This document shows, in pieces, positions 26,182 to 36,065 of a stretch of 64,000 nucleotides of DNA. Position numbers and translations under genes: made by a program. Under the pieces are notes generated by a model that made no database searches, was not told the DNA's origin, and worked only from the letters and a program-made list of their open reading frames with translations. Source of the stretch: a virus; IMG/VR virus record IMGVR_UViG_3300025646_000029, positions 1-64,000 of that record; one strand, written 5' to 3'. Positions within the stretch are counted from its first letter, which is position 1; each line of letters opens with the position of its first letter.

Positions 26182-26691
26182 ATGACACAGTGTACTAATT
26201 CATCTGTTATCGAAATCAAAGTTCGCTCCAAACACCTTGAGTCGGCACAAAAAAGATGGGCAAAGATACCCACAAATTCAAAGACTATATCGAAATCTGG
26301 AAAAAAATACGGAATACTAGCCGAAGAAATTTTTATTGACAGCTATGGCGGAATCTTAATAGACAATAAAGAGTACGATATAGACTACAAATCTTTGGGA
26401 AAGATAGACATAAAAACCAAAAGATGCTGGTCTTGCCCGGACCCTTCTTATAACTGCACCGTTGCAAAATACCAACTAGACCGTGGGGGGTGTGATTTTT
26501 ATGCCTTTTATAGAATCCGCAGCGATTACTCTACTGCTTGGTTTTTGGGTATGATATCAGCAGCAGAATTCAAAAAAACTGCAACTTTTATGAAAAGCGG
26601 AACTCGTGCTGGTAATTTCATTTGTAAAGCCGATTGTTACAACATTCCTATAAGCAGTTTAAAAACAATAAACGAGTTAAAAACTAAATAA
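26182..26691 (+). CDS. hypothetical Cys-containing protein
   Basis: The ATG at 26182 is preceded by gaggaggagga and begins MTQCTNSS. The track start at 26140 lies inside the recA-like gene. Confidence 0.4.
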   Translation: MTQCTNSSVIEIKVRSKHLESAQKRWAKIPTNSKTISKSGKKYGILAEEIFIDSYGGILIDNKEYDIDYKSLGKIDIKTKRCWSCPDPSYNCTVAKYQLDRGGCDFYAFYRIRSDYSTAWFLGMISAAEFKKTATFMKSGTRAGNFICKADCYNIPISSLKTINELKTK

Positions 26692-26722
26692 CACATAATG
26701 GTCGAATTGTTTTTAATTACGA

Positions 26723-27148
26723 ATGGAGCCAGATATCAAAGCCATTGGAATAGACGGAAAAGAATATATAATAAATTTTACAAAGCACTGTATAATAGAA
26801 GAGCAAAAAAGCTCATTGCACGTAAAAGCTCGCGTTCTTCTAAAAAAAATGTTTCCGTCTTCTGATGTATACGAAGAGGTAATACTAAAGGGATGCGTTG
26901 GGGCCGGTGGCAAAGAATTAAAAGCTGACTTTTTAATACCTCAATTAAAAGTGCTTGTCGAAACACACGGAAAACAGCACTATGAGTACACGAGTCATTT
27001 TCACAAAACAACTTCTGATTTTAAAAAATCATTAAAAAATGATGAAATAAAACAGGACTGGGCGGAGTTGAATGGTATTATTTATATATCCCTCCCGTAC
27101 AATAAAATAAAAGATTGGAGATCGATTATCAATGACAGACTTCCGTAG
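26723..27148 (+). CDS. hypothetical protein
   Basis: 141-aa ORF. Confidence 0.4.
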   Translation: MEPDIKAIGIDGKEYIINFTKHCIIEEQKSSLHVKARVLLKKMFPSSDVYEEVILKGCVGAGGKELKADFLIPQLKVLVETHGKQHYEYTSHFHKTTSDFKKSLKNDEIKQDWAELNGIIYISLPYNKIKDWRSIINDRLP

Positions 27149-27590
27149 CGATATGAAAGACTCGGTAAAGGACTTAGTCAAGCGGGTTGACTCTTCTGTT
27201 TTTCCTCAGAGAGAAGATTCTATAGAAGAATATTTTAACTTAGATAAAAACGACTTGAGAAGATTTTCAAAAGAAGAATGCGTTCTTGCCCAGCACGCCT
27301 TGTTGAGTAGTTCTGTTTTTATACAAAGAAAAATTAACGAACTAAAAATTGGCGTAAAAATAAACAAGTCGTTTCTAGATAGAATAATAGCAGAGAAAAT
27401 ACCTGACTTTGAAAAATATACAAAGTACGACATCATTGTTTCTACTATTGTAAATGAATATGAATACGTAAAAGAAGCAGTGGATGAAACACTTAGGTTA
27501 GAATGTGTTATACAGGGACTAGAGGGGACCGTAGAAAAAATAGATAAAATGGTCCAAGTTTTTCGAGACCTTTCATTTTGTAAGAGTTAA
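27132..27590 (+). CDS. hypothetical protein
   Basis: 152-aa ORF. Confidence 0.4.
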   Translation: MTDFRSDMKDSVKDLVKRVDSSVFPQREDSIEEYFNLDKNDLRRFSKEECVLAQHALLSSSVFIQRKINELKIGVKINKSFLDRIIAEKIPDFEKYTKYDIIVSTIVNEYEYVKEAVDETLRLECVIQGLEGTVEKIDKMVQVFRDLSFCKS

Positions 27591-27592
27591 AC

Positions 27593-28027
27593 ATGACTGA
27601 AAATAACCAAACAACAAGCGAACAGCTAGATTTATTATTAAAACAAATTGCTGAAATGCAAAAAAAAATAGACGCCATCGAAGCTAAACCAAGAACCAAG
27701 CCTAGAAATAGAATCACCACCAAAAAGACCTCGATTGCTCCGAAAGAAAAAGTTCAAAACGAAGGTGTTTGGGTAAACAAAAAAAGACCAAGAGTTTCAA
27801 ACAAACCGCACAGAGAAAGTGACGCCAACTTACAAATAAACCTTTCTCTAACAGACTTTCCGTCTTACGGAGATGAACTGCAATCGACTTCAAAACCAAG
27901 GTCTTCAAGCCTTGTTTCCGCAATTTGTGTGAATTGCAAAACTAAAAGCAAGGTATCCACAGCCTTATTAATTGCCGGTGTCGATACCCCGTCATTTATA
28001 TGCGCCTCTTGCGACGAAAGATACTAA
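27593..28027 (+). CDS. hypothetical protein with a C-terminal Cys4 motif
   Basis: N-terminal coiled-coil-like region and CVNCKTK...CASCDERY. Immediately upstream of dnaB, so a loader role is possible but unsupported. Confidence 0.35.
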   Translation: MTENNQTTSEQLDLLLKQIAEMQKKIDAIEAKPRTKPRNRITTKKTSIAPKEKVQNEGVWVNKKRPRVSNKPHRESDANLQINLSLTDFPSYGDELQSTSKPRSSSLVSAICVNCKTKSKVSTALLIAGVDTPSFICASCDERY

Positions 28028-29422
28028 ATGGTTTCGCCCTTATATCAAGTGAACTTGAAAAAAGAAGAATCCCGACTGTTGCACACCGTGATCACATCCG
28101 GAGAAGAAATTTATTCGTTGTTGACTGGAATTATCAGCCCAGAAAACTTCTCTGTCACCAATCACAAATTAGTATTTCAGGCAATACAAGATCTTTCGAA
28201 TGAGGGTGTGAATTTAAATCTTCACAATATAGTAACCAGATTAAAAACTTCTGGTTCCGGATTGTCAGAAGAAGAAATAGAAGAGCTTCAAACTCAAGTT
28301 TCTGAGGCCAAGGCAATGACTTCAGAAGAGTGCATCAGCACAGCTCGTTCACTAAGAAACAAACAAATAATAAAAGAATGCGTCCAAAGCCACAAAGAGG
28401 CAATTGAAAATTTATTTCAAACCAGTGTAGAAAGCGACACGGATTCAATATTTTCAATATCAGAAAAATCATTTTTTAAAACAGTAAAACAGTTTTCTAA
28501 TTCCAATGACTCTATAACAGAAATATCAAGTGTCACAAGAGGAATAGTTAACGAGTGGGAAGAAAACCCGTGTCAATTTGTGGGACTGCCAACGCCTTGG
28601 CCGGAATTCAACGATTCAATAGGCGGTGGAATGAGGACAGGAATAACTTTAATTGGAGCAAGATCCGGCATAGGCAAAACCAGCATAGGTGTGGTGTGCA
28701 CTCTATTTTTGGCTAAAAACGGAGTTCCATGCCTTATAATAGACACCGAAATGAGCATTAAAGCTCTACTCCCTAGGTTCATTTCTAATATGAGCAGTGT
28801 TCCAATCAAGAAAATTGAAAACGGACAGTTTGGTAATCTAGACATAGATAAAAATAACGTTTATAAGGCCGTTCAAGAAATTGAAAATATGAACATATCG
28901 CACAAGTCTGTGGCTGGAAAAGAATTTTCGGAAATACTATCTATCATAAGAAGATGGGTACACACGAAAGTTGGAATAAACAAAGAGACAGGAAAAGCAA
29001 ACCAGTGCTTTATAGTTTACGATTATTTTAAAATGATGAACAAAAAAGACGTGGCTAACATGCAGGAGCATGCAGCGTTTGGCTACCAAGTATCGGAACT
29101 AAAAGATTTTCTAGAAATGTACGATATACCATGCATGTCTTTTGTTCAGTTGAACCGCGACGGAATCGCGAAAGAAGATACGGACGTCATTGCCCAATCT
29201 GACAGAATTCTATGGAACGTAAACTCTTTTTCTCTTTTTAAGAAAAAGACACCCGAAGAAATGCATCATGACAACAATGTAAACGGAATCCCAACAAACA
29301 AAGGTAACAGAAAAGTTATAACCTTAAAAGGAAGGTACGGCGGAGAGCATGAGCGTGGCGAACACATTAACTTCTTCTGGAACGGAGAAACGTGCAGCTT
29401 ACAAGAAATACAGTCAAAATAA
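28028..29422 (+). CDS. dnaB: DnaB-like replicative DNA helicase
   Basis: GLPTPWPEFNDSIGGGMRTGITLIGARSGIGKTSIGV (DnaB H1/Walker A block). 464 aa. Confidence 0.75.
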   Translation: MVSPLYQVNLKKEESRLLHTVITSGEEIYSLLTGIISPENFSVTNHKLVFQAIQDLSNEGVNLNLHNIVTRLKTSGSGLSEEEIEELQTQVSEAKAMTSEECISTARSLRNKQIIKECVQSHKEAIENLFQTSVESDTDSIFSISEKSFFKTVKQFSNSNDSITEISSVTRGIVNEWEENPCQFVGLPTPWPEFNDSIGGGMRTGITLIGARSGIGKTSIGVVCTLFLAKNGVPCLIIDTEMSIKALLPRFISNMSSVPIKKIENGQFGNLDIDKNNVYKAVQEIENMNISHKSVAGKEFSEILSIIRRWVHTKVGINKETGKANQCFIVYDYFKMMNKKDVANMQEHAAFGYQVSELKDFLEMYDIPCMSFVQLNRDGIAKEDTDVIAQSDRILWNVNSFSLFKKKTPEEMHHDNNVNGIPTNKGNRKVITLKGRYGGEHERGEHINFFWNGETCSLQEIQSK

Positions 29423-30446
29423 TTACAATGATTTAAACAAAATGGCTCTTGAGGTTGTTGGTTCGGTTTTAAGGTATTATGGAATCGAAAGCTACGATGA
29501 TCCTTCAGAAAATTTTATTAAAATAAAATGCCCGATCCACGGAAGCGACAGCGTTGGTAATTCAATTATCTATAAAAATACAGGAGTATGGCTGTGCTTC
29601 AGCGGTGGGTGTCACAAAAGAAGCGCCAAAACTATAGTTGGGCTAATTTCTTCAGTTATGAAACGTAATGGTTCGTCCGGCTCGTTTGATTCAGTAAAAA
29701 ATTTCTTGCTAAAACTTAGGCAAAACAAAAAAACAAGGATACATCCAGTAAAAAATATACAGATACCGGAAAAGAAACCTTTGTTTTTTGATGAAAAAAA
29801 CATGCCGCCGTGTTCCTTTCCCTCAAATTATTATCTTTCCAAAAGAAGCTTTTCACAAGACACATTGTCTTATTTTGGTGTCGGAGACTGCCAAGAAGGA
29901 ATAATGAAAAACAGAGCTGTTATTCCAGTTAGATATATAGACGGAAGGTACATGGGGTTCTCTGCTAGGTCTCATTTTGACAAATGCTTGCAGTGCAAAC
30001 ATTATCACTCTGTTGATTCTGCTTGTATAAATGCCAGTGACAGAGAAAGCGCCATATCTAAAAAATGGTATCACTCTAAGGGCTTAAGAAAAACCACTAC
30101 TCTTTACAATATACAAAACATAAGACCATCAAGTGCCATTGCAATGGTCGAAGGGCCAAGTTGTGTTTGGAGACTTCATGAATTTGGTATACCAGCTGTG
30201 GCTTGTCTTGGAAAGGATATAGATGAATTACAGCTAAAGCTTTTAGACAGTTTAAACATAAAAAAGATTTTGTTTATGCCAGACTCTGACGAATCTGGTA
30301 AAGAATTCTTGACGAGATTCATAAAAGACTACTATACTAGATATAGTATCTCTGTTGCAAACTTTGGTAATTACAAAGATATAACAGAAATGGACAATGA
30401 ATCTTTGAAAGAAAATATAGTTAAAGTTTGGAACAAAATTTGCTGA
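29349..30446 (+). CDS. dnaG: DnaG-like DNA primase (Zn-binding and TOPRIM domains)
   Basis: Zn-ribbon IKCPIHGSDSVGNSIIYKNTGVWLCFSGGCH. TOPRIM acidic blocks MVEGPSCVWRL and LFMPDSDESGKEF. The start may be at 29349 (RBS ggagag), overlapping dnaB. Confidence 0.7.
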   Translation: MSVANTLTSSGTEKRAAYKKYSQNNYNDLNKMALEVVGSVLRYYGIESYDDPSENFIKIKCPIHGSDSVGNSIIYKNTGVWLCFSGGCHKRSAKTIVGLISSVMKRNGSSGSFDSVKNFLLKLRQNKKTRIHPVKNIQIPEKKPLFFDEKNMPPCSFPSNYYLSKRSFSQDTLSYFGVGDCQEGIMKNRAVIPVRYIDGRYMGFSARSHFDKCLQCKHYHSVDSACINASDRESAISKKWYHSKGLRKTTTLYNIQNIRPSSAIAMVEGPSCVWRLHEFGIPAVACLGKDIDELQLKLLDSLNIKKILFMPDSDESGKEFLTRFIKDYYTRYSISVANFGNYKDITEMDNESLKENIVKVWNKIC

Positions 30447-30472
30447 TTTACAATTAATTTTGGAGGTTTATT

Positions 30473-31195
30473 ATGTGGGTTCATCTCGTTCCAAAGTCTG
30501 AAAATAAAAAAACAGGCCCGATTGCAGTTTCTACAACAGAGGAAGACTCTTGTCCAAAAGAATGCGCGTTTAAAGATGACAAAACTTGTTACGGGAAACA
30601 TTACCCTATAATGTTTCATTGGCAGAAGGTTTCTAGTCACGAACGCGGTGATAATTGGGACCCATTTTGCAAGCGCGTCGAAAAATTTGAAAACAATCAA
30701 TTTTGGAGACACAACCAAATTGGAGACCTACCAAAAGACAAGAATAGTTCAAGTGAAGTCGACGAGATAGACAAAGAAAAAAGCATAAAATTGTTGAAAG
30801 CAAGCTCGCATACAAAAGGGTTTACTTACACACATTATGATGTTATAAATTCAGAACACAATAGAGATGTTGTGAGACAAATGAATAAATCAAGTGGTAT
30901 GACAGTTAATTTGTCTGGAAACGATGTAAATCACGCAGACAAACTGGTAGACCTTGATATAGGCCCAGTTTGTGTTACTTTACCATCTAACACAACAGGA
31001 CAATCACTGCATACCCCAAACGGAAACAGGGTTCTTGTTTGCCCCGAACAGACGGGGAGAACACAAAGCTGTGATACATGTAGACTGTGTGAAAGCAAAA
31101 CCAGGTCGTATATCATAGGGTTTATAGCGCACGGTTCTAAAAAGAAAAAAATGACAGAAAGTATTTTACTACGAGAAAACCAACAGAAAGAGTAA
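30473..31195 (+). CDS. hypothetical protein with Cys clusters
   Basis: SCPKECAF...CY and CDTCRLC. Confidence 0.4.
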   Translation: MWVHLVPKSENKKTGPIAVSTTEEDSCPKECAFKDDKTCYGKHYPIMFHWQKVSSHERGDNWDPFCKRVEKFENNQFWRHNQIGDLPKDKNSSSEVDEIDKEKSIKLLKASSHTKGFTYTHYDVINSEHNRDVVRQMNKSSGMTVNLSGNDVNHADKLVDLDIGPVCVTLPSNTTGQSLHTPNGNRVLVCPEQTGRTQSCDTCRLCESKTRSYIIGFIAHGSKKKKMTESILLRENQQKE

Positions 31196-31199
31196 ATCA

Positions 31200-32048
31200 A
31201 TGCCTTTAGTAGTTTTTTGCGGTGCGAAACAATCAGGAAAATCAACTGCTGCAAAAGCAGTATTTTCTAGTATTGTAGTGGAAAATGGCTTAGTTCCAAA
31301 GCTACAGATGCTAGAAGACGGAAAGTTATTTGCTGTATACAAACAATCAACGGACTCTAAAACAGGAGAGACCAGGCAAGAAGGGTGTTATATAGACCCG
31401 GAAAACATACCGCCTGAAAACGAAGACTGGTTTAGACATTCTTTTGATCCATATGTAAAATGTTTTTCTATAGCAGATGAATTAAAAAATACGGCATGCG
31501 ACCTATTTGGTCTTGATAAAAACGAAATACGCGGCGATAACGACAGCAAAAACAGGGAGTGCCGAATAAGGTGGAGTAACATGCTTTCTCTTTTGTCCGC
31601 AAAGACTAAAAAGACAGTGACCGAAATTTACAAAGATGAATGCAAAAACGAATTAATGACTAACCGTAGATTTCTAGAAGTTTTTGGTACTTTTGTTTGC
31701 AGGCAAATAGCGCCGAATTGCCATGTAAATAGTTGCTCTAGAAAAATAAAAGAGTACCTGGGTGAAGATTCAACAAAGATAGCGTGTATTTCTGACGCAA
31801 GGTTTATAGATGAAATAGAAATCTTGCGAGAAAATTTCGCGGGCAACGTTGTTTTTTATAAACTCACCAGAACAGTAGAAAATTCTTCTGCTGTCAGCGA
31901 GCGACAAAACTTGATTCCAGATTTATATTTTAACAAAGTCATTGACAATACAGATATGAATTTGTATCAAAAGAATGAAGTCGTCTTAAAACATCTTTCT
32001 AAATCCGGTGTACTGAGTTTTGATAACTTAAAAAGGACTTCTGAATGA
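31200..32048 (+). CDS. P-loop NTPase / nucleotide kinase-like protein
   Basis: N-terminal VVFCGAKQSGKSTAAKAV resembles phage dNMP-kinase-type P-loops. No further motifs were verified. Confidence 0.35.
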   Translation: MPLVVFCGAKQSGKSTAAKAVFSSIVVENGLVPKLQMLEDGKLFAVYKQSTDSKTGETRQEGCYIDPENIPPENEDWFRHSFDPYVKCFSIADELKNTACDLFGLDKNEIRGDNDSKNRECRIRWSNMLSLLSAKTKKTVTEIYKDECKNELMTNRRFLEVFGTFVCRQIAPNCHVNSCSRKIKEYLGEDSTKIACISDARFIDEIEILRENFAGNVVFYKLTRTVENSSAVSERQNLIPDLYFNKVIDNTDMNLYQKNEVVLKHLSKSGVLSFDNLKRTSE

Positions 32049-33058
32049 TATGCCCCTATATTAGATCTAGCTCTTTGAACGCTTTTAAAACTTGCCAAAT
32101 GAGATACTATCTAGAATACGTGCTTGGAATGCGAAGCCCTGCTGGAAAACCCGCTACTCTAGGAACTATATTTCATAAAGTTTTTGAAATTAGAGCTTTA
32201 GCAAAAAAAAACCAACAAAACAAAAAGAGTTTTTTTGTTGATGACAATTTAGGTAAACTCACAGTAAAAGAGTCAAAAGACTACAAAAATATTCTAGACA
32301 AGTCTTGGGATTACTACAAAGAAATAGAAACGCACGTAGATCTATTAAAGTCCGACAAAACAAAAATTTTAGGGTGGATCGAAAAAACTTTAAATGACTA
32401 CCCTAATTACGACCCATTTAATATGAATATAGTCGAAGCAGAAATGTTTTTTGACTTTGAAATAAAAAAGCCTTGGGCGGAACAAGAAATAACTATTGCT
32501 GGTGAAACAGTAAAAAATAATCTTAGAATAAAAGGAACCATGGATACCGTAGTTAAATTATCAGACGGTGTTTATGAACTAGTTGATTATAAAACTGGGG
32601 CCAAAAGAAACGATTTTGCAACTGGTGCAGAAAAGAATCTTGAATACCATATGACCCAAGACAAACAGTTGATGCTCTATGCAATAGCATTAAAAGAAGC
32701 ATTTCCGGAAGTAGAACTGATAGTAAGCTTGTTTTGGGTTAACACTGGTGGTATATTTAGCGTCCCATGCGACGAAGAATATCTAAGTAAAGCATGGAAT
32801 ATGCTTGAAAAAGACTATAAAAAAATACTGAAGACCTATACTCCAACTCAACTCGACCCAGAACACAAGGACTGGCGGTGCAAGTATGTGTGCGCTTTTT
32901 CAAGGAAACAAAGTCCTTCTGACAAAAAATCAATTTGTCAAACTTTTAGAGAACGAATAAAAAAAGACGGGTTAGTAAAAGTTACGAACGAATACGGAAG
33001 TATATCAAAGGCTACGTCTTATGGAGACGGTGGCGGAAGAAAAAATACAGGCAAGTAA
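32045..33058 (+). CDS. Cas4-like PD-(D/E)xK exonuclease with a putative Fe-S cluster
   Basis: N-terminal Cys (ICPYIRSSSLNAFKTCQMRYYLEY), GTMDTVVKL...YELVDYKTG (D...E.VDYK motif) and C-terminal CKYVCAF...C cysteines. Confidence 0.65.
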   Translation: MICPYIRSSSLNAFKTCQMRYYLEYVLGMRSPAGKPATLGTIFHKVFEIRALAKKNQQNKKSFFVDDNLGKLTVKESKDYKNILDKSWDYYKEIETHVDLLKSDKTKILGWIEKTLNDYPNYDPFNMNIVEAEMFFDFEIKKPWAEQEITIAGETVKNNLRIKGTMDTVVKLSDGVYELVDYKTGAKRNDFATGAEKNLEYHMTQDKQLMLYAIALKEAFPEVELIVSLFWVNTGGIFSVPCDEEYLSKAWNMLEKDYKKILKTYTPTQLDPEHKDWRCKYVCAFSRKQSPSDKKSICQTFRERIKKDGLVKVTNEYGSISKATSYGDGGGRKNTGK

Positions 33059-34915
33059 ATGATAAACCTACATGTACACTCGAAACACAGCTGGGACTGC
33101 ATATCATCAATAAAAGGCATAGTTCAAGCTGCGGTTGAATACGGACAAGACGCCATAGCTGTTACTGACCACGGCTTGATGAGTGGCGCGATGGAATTGT
33201 TTTTAGAAGCCCGAAAGGCTGGAATAAAGCCCATAATAGGGTGCGAGTTTTACGTCTGCCCACCGGGTATAAAAAAAGAAGATAAAAACAGTGAGTCCAG
33301 AAGACTGAATCATCTAGTTGTTTTGGCAAAAAATCTTGTTGGATATAAAAACCTTATAAAGCTGAACTATATAGCGCACGAAAATTTTTACTACCGCCCA
33401 AGAATAGACGAACAAGCTTTGTTCGAAAACTCGGAAGGACTAATAGTAATAAACGGCCACTTCGATACCAGTGTTCACGACTGTCTATTTTTTAACAGAG
33501 AGATGGCTTCAGCTGCTACAACCGAAGAAGAGTGCTGGCTTTATATACACCCTGAGTGCGAAGATAATGTTCTTAAAATAGTTTCGAGATATCAGGAATT
33601 TTTTGGCGAAGATTTCTATTTAGAGTGCCAAATGTTCGACCAGAAAGACCCGATACAGCAAGTGGCGTCGAAAAAGCTTTTAGAAATATCTAGAAAATAC
33701 AAAATAAACGCGGTCGGTACAGGGGATGCTCATTACATAAAACAAGAAGATGCGATTTTTCATAAAACGTTTTGCGCAATAAAACAAAATAAGAGAGTAA
33801 AAGACCTACCCAGCATAAGCTACTATACAAACGGGTCTTATTCTATAGTTTCAAACGAGCACGCAGCAAAAACCTATTCACCAGAACTGATTGACGCGAC
33901 TCACGAAATAGCGGCAAAAATAGAAGACTTCGACATAACTATTCCAATGGCCATACCTTCTTTTAGTTCAGAAGGGGCGTACAAACCAAAAGAAATTGTG
34001 CGCGACAAATGTATAGAGAAACTAAAGAAACTAGGCCTTCACAACGAAGAGTATATCAAAAGATTAGATTACGAAATAAATGTATTAGAACTTGGTAATC
34101 TGTACGACTACTTTCTTGTGGTAGAAGATTATTGCGAATTCGCACGCAAACAATCAATGCTGATTGGCCCCGGAAGAGGGTCTTCTGGTGGATGCCTGAT
34201 TTCTTATCTGCTCGATATAGTTTCAATAAACCCGATTGAGTATAACCTCAGCTTTGATAGATTCTTTTCTGCAGAAAAAGCTAGGTCGGGATCTATACCA
34301 GACATTGATACTGATTTTCAGTCGTCCAGAAGAGACGAAATCATAAGTTATATACAAAAAAAATACGGAAAAAGAAAAGTTTGCGAGGTTGTTACTTACG
34401 GGAAACTTCAAGCTAAAAATGCCCTCAAAGACGTACTCAGGGCTCACGCTGCTTGTACACCAATGGTAGCAAATATAATAACTAAAAACATACCAGACAA
34501 AGACAAAATATCTGACAAACTCCAAGATTTCTTTGAAGAAACCGGTTCTTCAAGCGTGCTTTATTATTGTTTGAAAAAAGAACCAAAACTTTTGTCCGAT
34601 TATTGCCGTCTTTCAACAAAAGAAGACGGGACGGAAATTTTTGAAGGAGATTACGCCGAATCTTTCATGGTAGCGGTAGGACTAGAGGGCGCTATCAAAT
34701 CATCTTCGAGGCACCCGTCTGCTTTGATCATATCTCCTTATAATATAGACGAAATATGCCCGATGTTATTAGATAAAAAAACAAACCAAATGATAACGGC
34801 CTACGACATGTATTATTTTCCCTATGCGTCTCTAGTGAAATTTGATATTCTTGTTTTAAAATCTCTTGACTGCCTTGCGGAAGTTAATACTTTGTTAAAG
34901 GAAACGGGGTTATGA
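33059..34915 (+). CDS. dnaE: DNA polymerase III alpha (DnaE-type) N-terminal fragment: PHP, palm and thumb
   Basis: PHP motif INLHVHSKHS...AVTDHGLMSGAMELF and HLVVLAKNLVGYKNL. Catalytic PDIDTDF. Ends at the FDILVLKSL (KFDFLGL-equivalent) motif. Confidence 0.8.
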   Translation: MINLHVHSKHSWDCISSIKGIVQAAVEYGQDAIAVTDHGLMSGAMELFLEARKAGIKPIIGCEFYVCPPGIKKEDKNSESRRLNHLVVLAKNLVGYKNLIKLNYIAHENFYYRPRIDEQALFENSEGLIVINGHFDTSVHDCLFFNREMASAATTEEECWLYIHPECEDNVLKIVSRYQEFFGEDFYLECQMFDQKDPIQQVASKKLLEISRKYKINAVGTGDAHYIKQEDAIFHKTFCAIKQNKRVKDLPSISYYTNGSYSIVSNEHAAKTYSPELIDATHEIAAKIEDFDITIPMAIPSFSSEGAYKPKEIVRDKCIEKLKKLGLHNEEYIKRLDYEINVLELGNLYDYFLVVEDYCEFARKQSMLIGPGRGSSGGCLISYLLDIVSINPIEYNLSFDRFFSAEKARSGSIPDIDTDFQSSRRDEIISYIQKKYGKRKVCEVVTYGKLQAKNALKDVLRAHAACTPMVANIITKNIPDKDKISDKLQDFFEETGSSSVLYYCLKKEPKLLSDYCRLSTKEDGTEIFEGDYAESFMVAVGLEGAIKSSSRHPSALIISPYNIDEICPMLLDKKTNQMITAYDMYYFPYASLVKFDILVLKSLDCLAEVNTLLKETGL

Positions 34916-35298
34916 CTGACGACCACTTTAGTACACACTTATCAAAACAACTTGAGTATCACAGAAATTGTGTTGGTTTAGGACTTGTGTGCAAAGAGTT
35001 GTTTTTTCAACTTATAGAGTATGTAATAAATTTTTTCTTAGATTCTCAGGAAGAATGCTGGTTAGACAGCGAGACAACTTCTATATCCAAGATGAAAAAA
35101 ACTGGCTATGGATATAAAATAGGAGAAGAGGAGTATGTATTACAAGTCGAATGCACTTGTTGCGACTACTCAAGATTCTACGAGATAGAAGATCTACAGG
35201 AAGCCGCCAAGTGCTTTATAACAAGATGCTTAGAATGTTCTTTTAAAAGACACGTAAAGGTAGTTCCCTGTGATAAAAAACGAAGACGTAGTTCTTGA
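34912..35298 (+). CDS. hypothetical Cys-rich protein inside the dnaE split
   Basis: 128 aa with CTCCDY...C..C. ATGA-coupled to the dnaE N-fragment. Confidence 0.4.
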   Translation: MTDDHFSTHLSKQLEYHRNCVGLGLVCKELFFQLIEYVINFFLDSQEECWLDSETTSISKMKKTGYGYKIGEEEYVLQVECTCCDYSRFYEIEDLQEAAKCFITRCLECSFKRHVKVVPCDKKRRRSS

Positions 35299-35620
35299 GT
35301 TTGAGCGAGACATGTCTGATAACCCAGATTTCTGGATCGAAAAGTTTTTGAAAAACGCAGACGAAGACGTGGCATTTATAATTGAACGAACCAGGGATAT
35401 AAAAGAAGTTTCTCCCGATGACTCTTTTGATTACGGATTTTTGCTAGGTTTAATGTTGATGTGCAGAATAAATAAAGTTTCAGACTCTGAGACACTTGAA
35501 GAATTAAAAACAAAATTCTGCGCGTACAAAAGGTGGGTGGAGTATCTAGAGCAAGAGACGTGTGAATTAAAACAGAAAAGTAAGGTTGGGAATGCTAACA
35601 TTAGGGCAAATAAGAAATGA
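35270..35620 (+). CDS. hypothetical protein inside the dnaE split
   Basis: 116-aa ORF. Confidence 0.35.
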   Translation: MIKNEDVVLEFERDMSDNPDFWIEKFLKNADEDVAFIIERTRDIKEVSPDDSFDYGFLLGLMLMCRINKVSDSETLEELKTKFCAYKRWVEYLEQETCELKQKSKVGNANIRANKK

Positions 35621-36065
35621 AACTCAAAACTGCACCAGGTGCAATCTAAGAGAAAAGTGCCTGTCTCCAGTTGGAATCGAGGCGTATGGCCGAGACCCGT
35701 TTGTTCTTTTTATTTTTGGAAGCAAAGTAAGCAAAGAATCCGACGGTTTTCAAACAGTTTTGGACGTCACCAGCTTTAATATACTTGAAAATATACAAAA
35801 AGAGCTTCAAGTTGGAATAGCAGTAACTTACGAAACAAAGTGCTATTCGACTAAATCTTACTCGGCTTCTCAAAAAACAAAATGCTCTGGGTATTTCATA
35901 CAAAAGGAAATACAGGCCGTCTCTGCGAAATTAGTTGTTGGTTTCGGAGTAAAAGAAAACAACTTGTTTTCTTGCGACATATATTGCGATACTTACGCAA
36001 AAGTTTTTAATAATGCCAAAAAAACTAAAGATTTGATTAAAAAAATAAAAGAAAGGCTTACTTGA
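35586..36065 (+). CDS. uracil-DNA glycosylase family-4-like protein
   Basis: CTRCNLREKCLSPVGIEAYGRDPFVLFIFGSKVSKESDGFQ matches family-4 UDG motif A, but the GEAPG catalytic loop is replaced by GSKVS. Confidence 0.45.
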   Translation: MGMLTLGQIRNETQNCTRCNLREKCLSPVGIEAYGRDPFVLFIFGSKVSKESDGFQTVLDVTSFNILENIQKELQVGIAVTYETKCYSTKSYSASQKTKCSGYFIQKEIQAVSAKLVVGFGVKENNLFSCDIYCDTYAKVFNNAKKTKDLIKKIKERLT

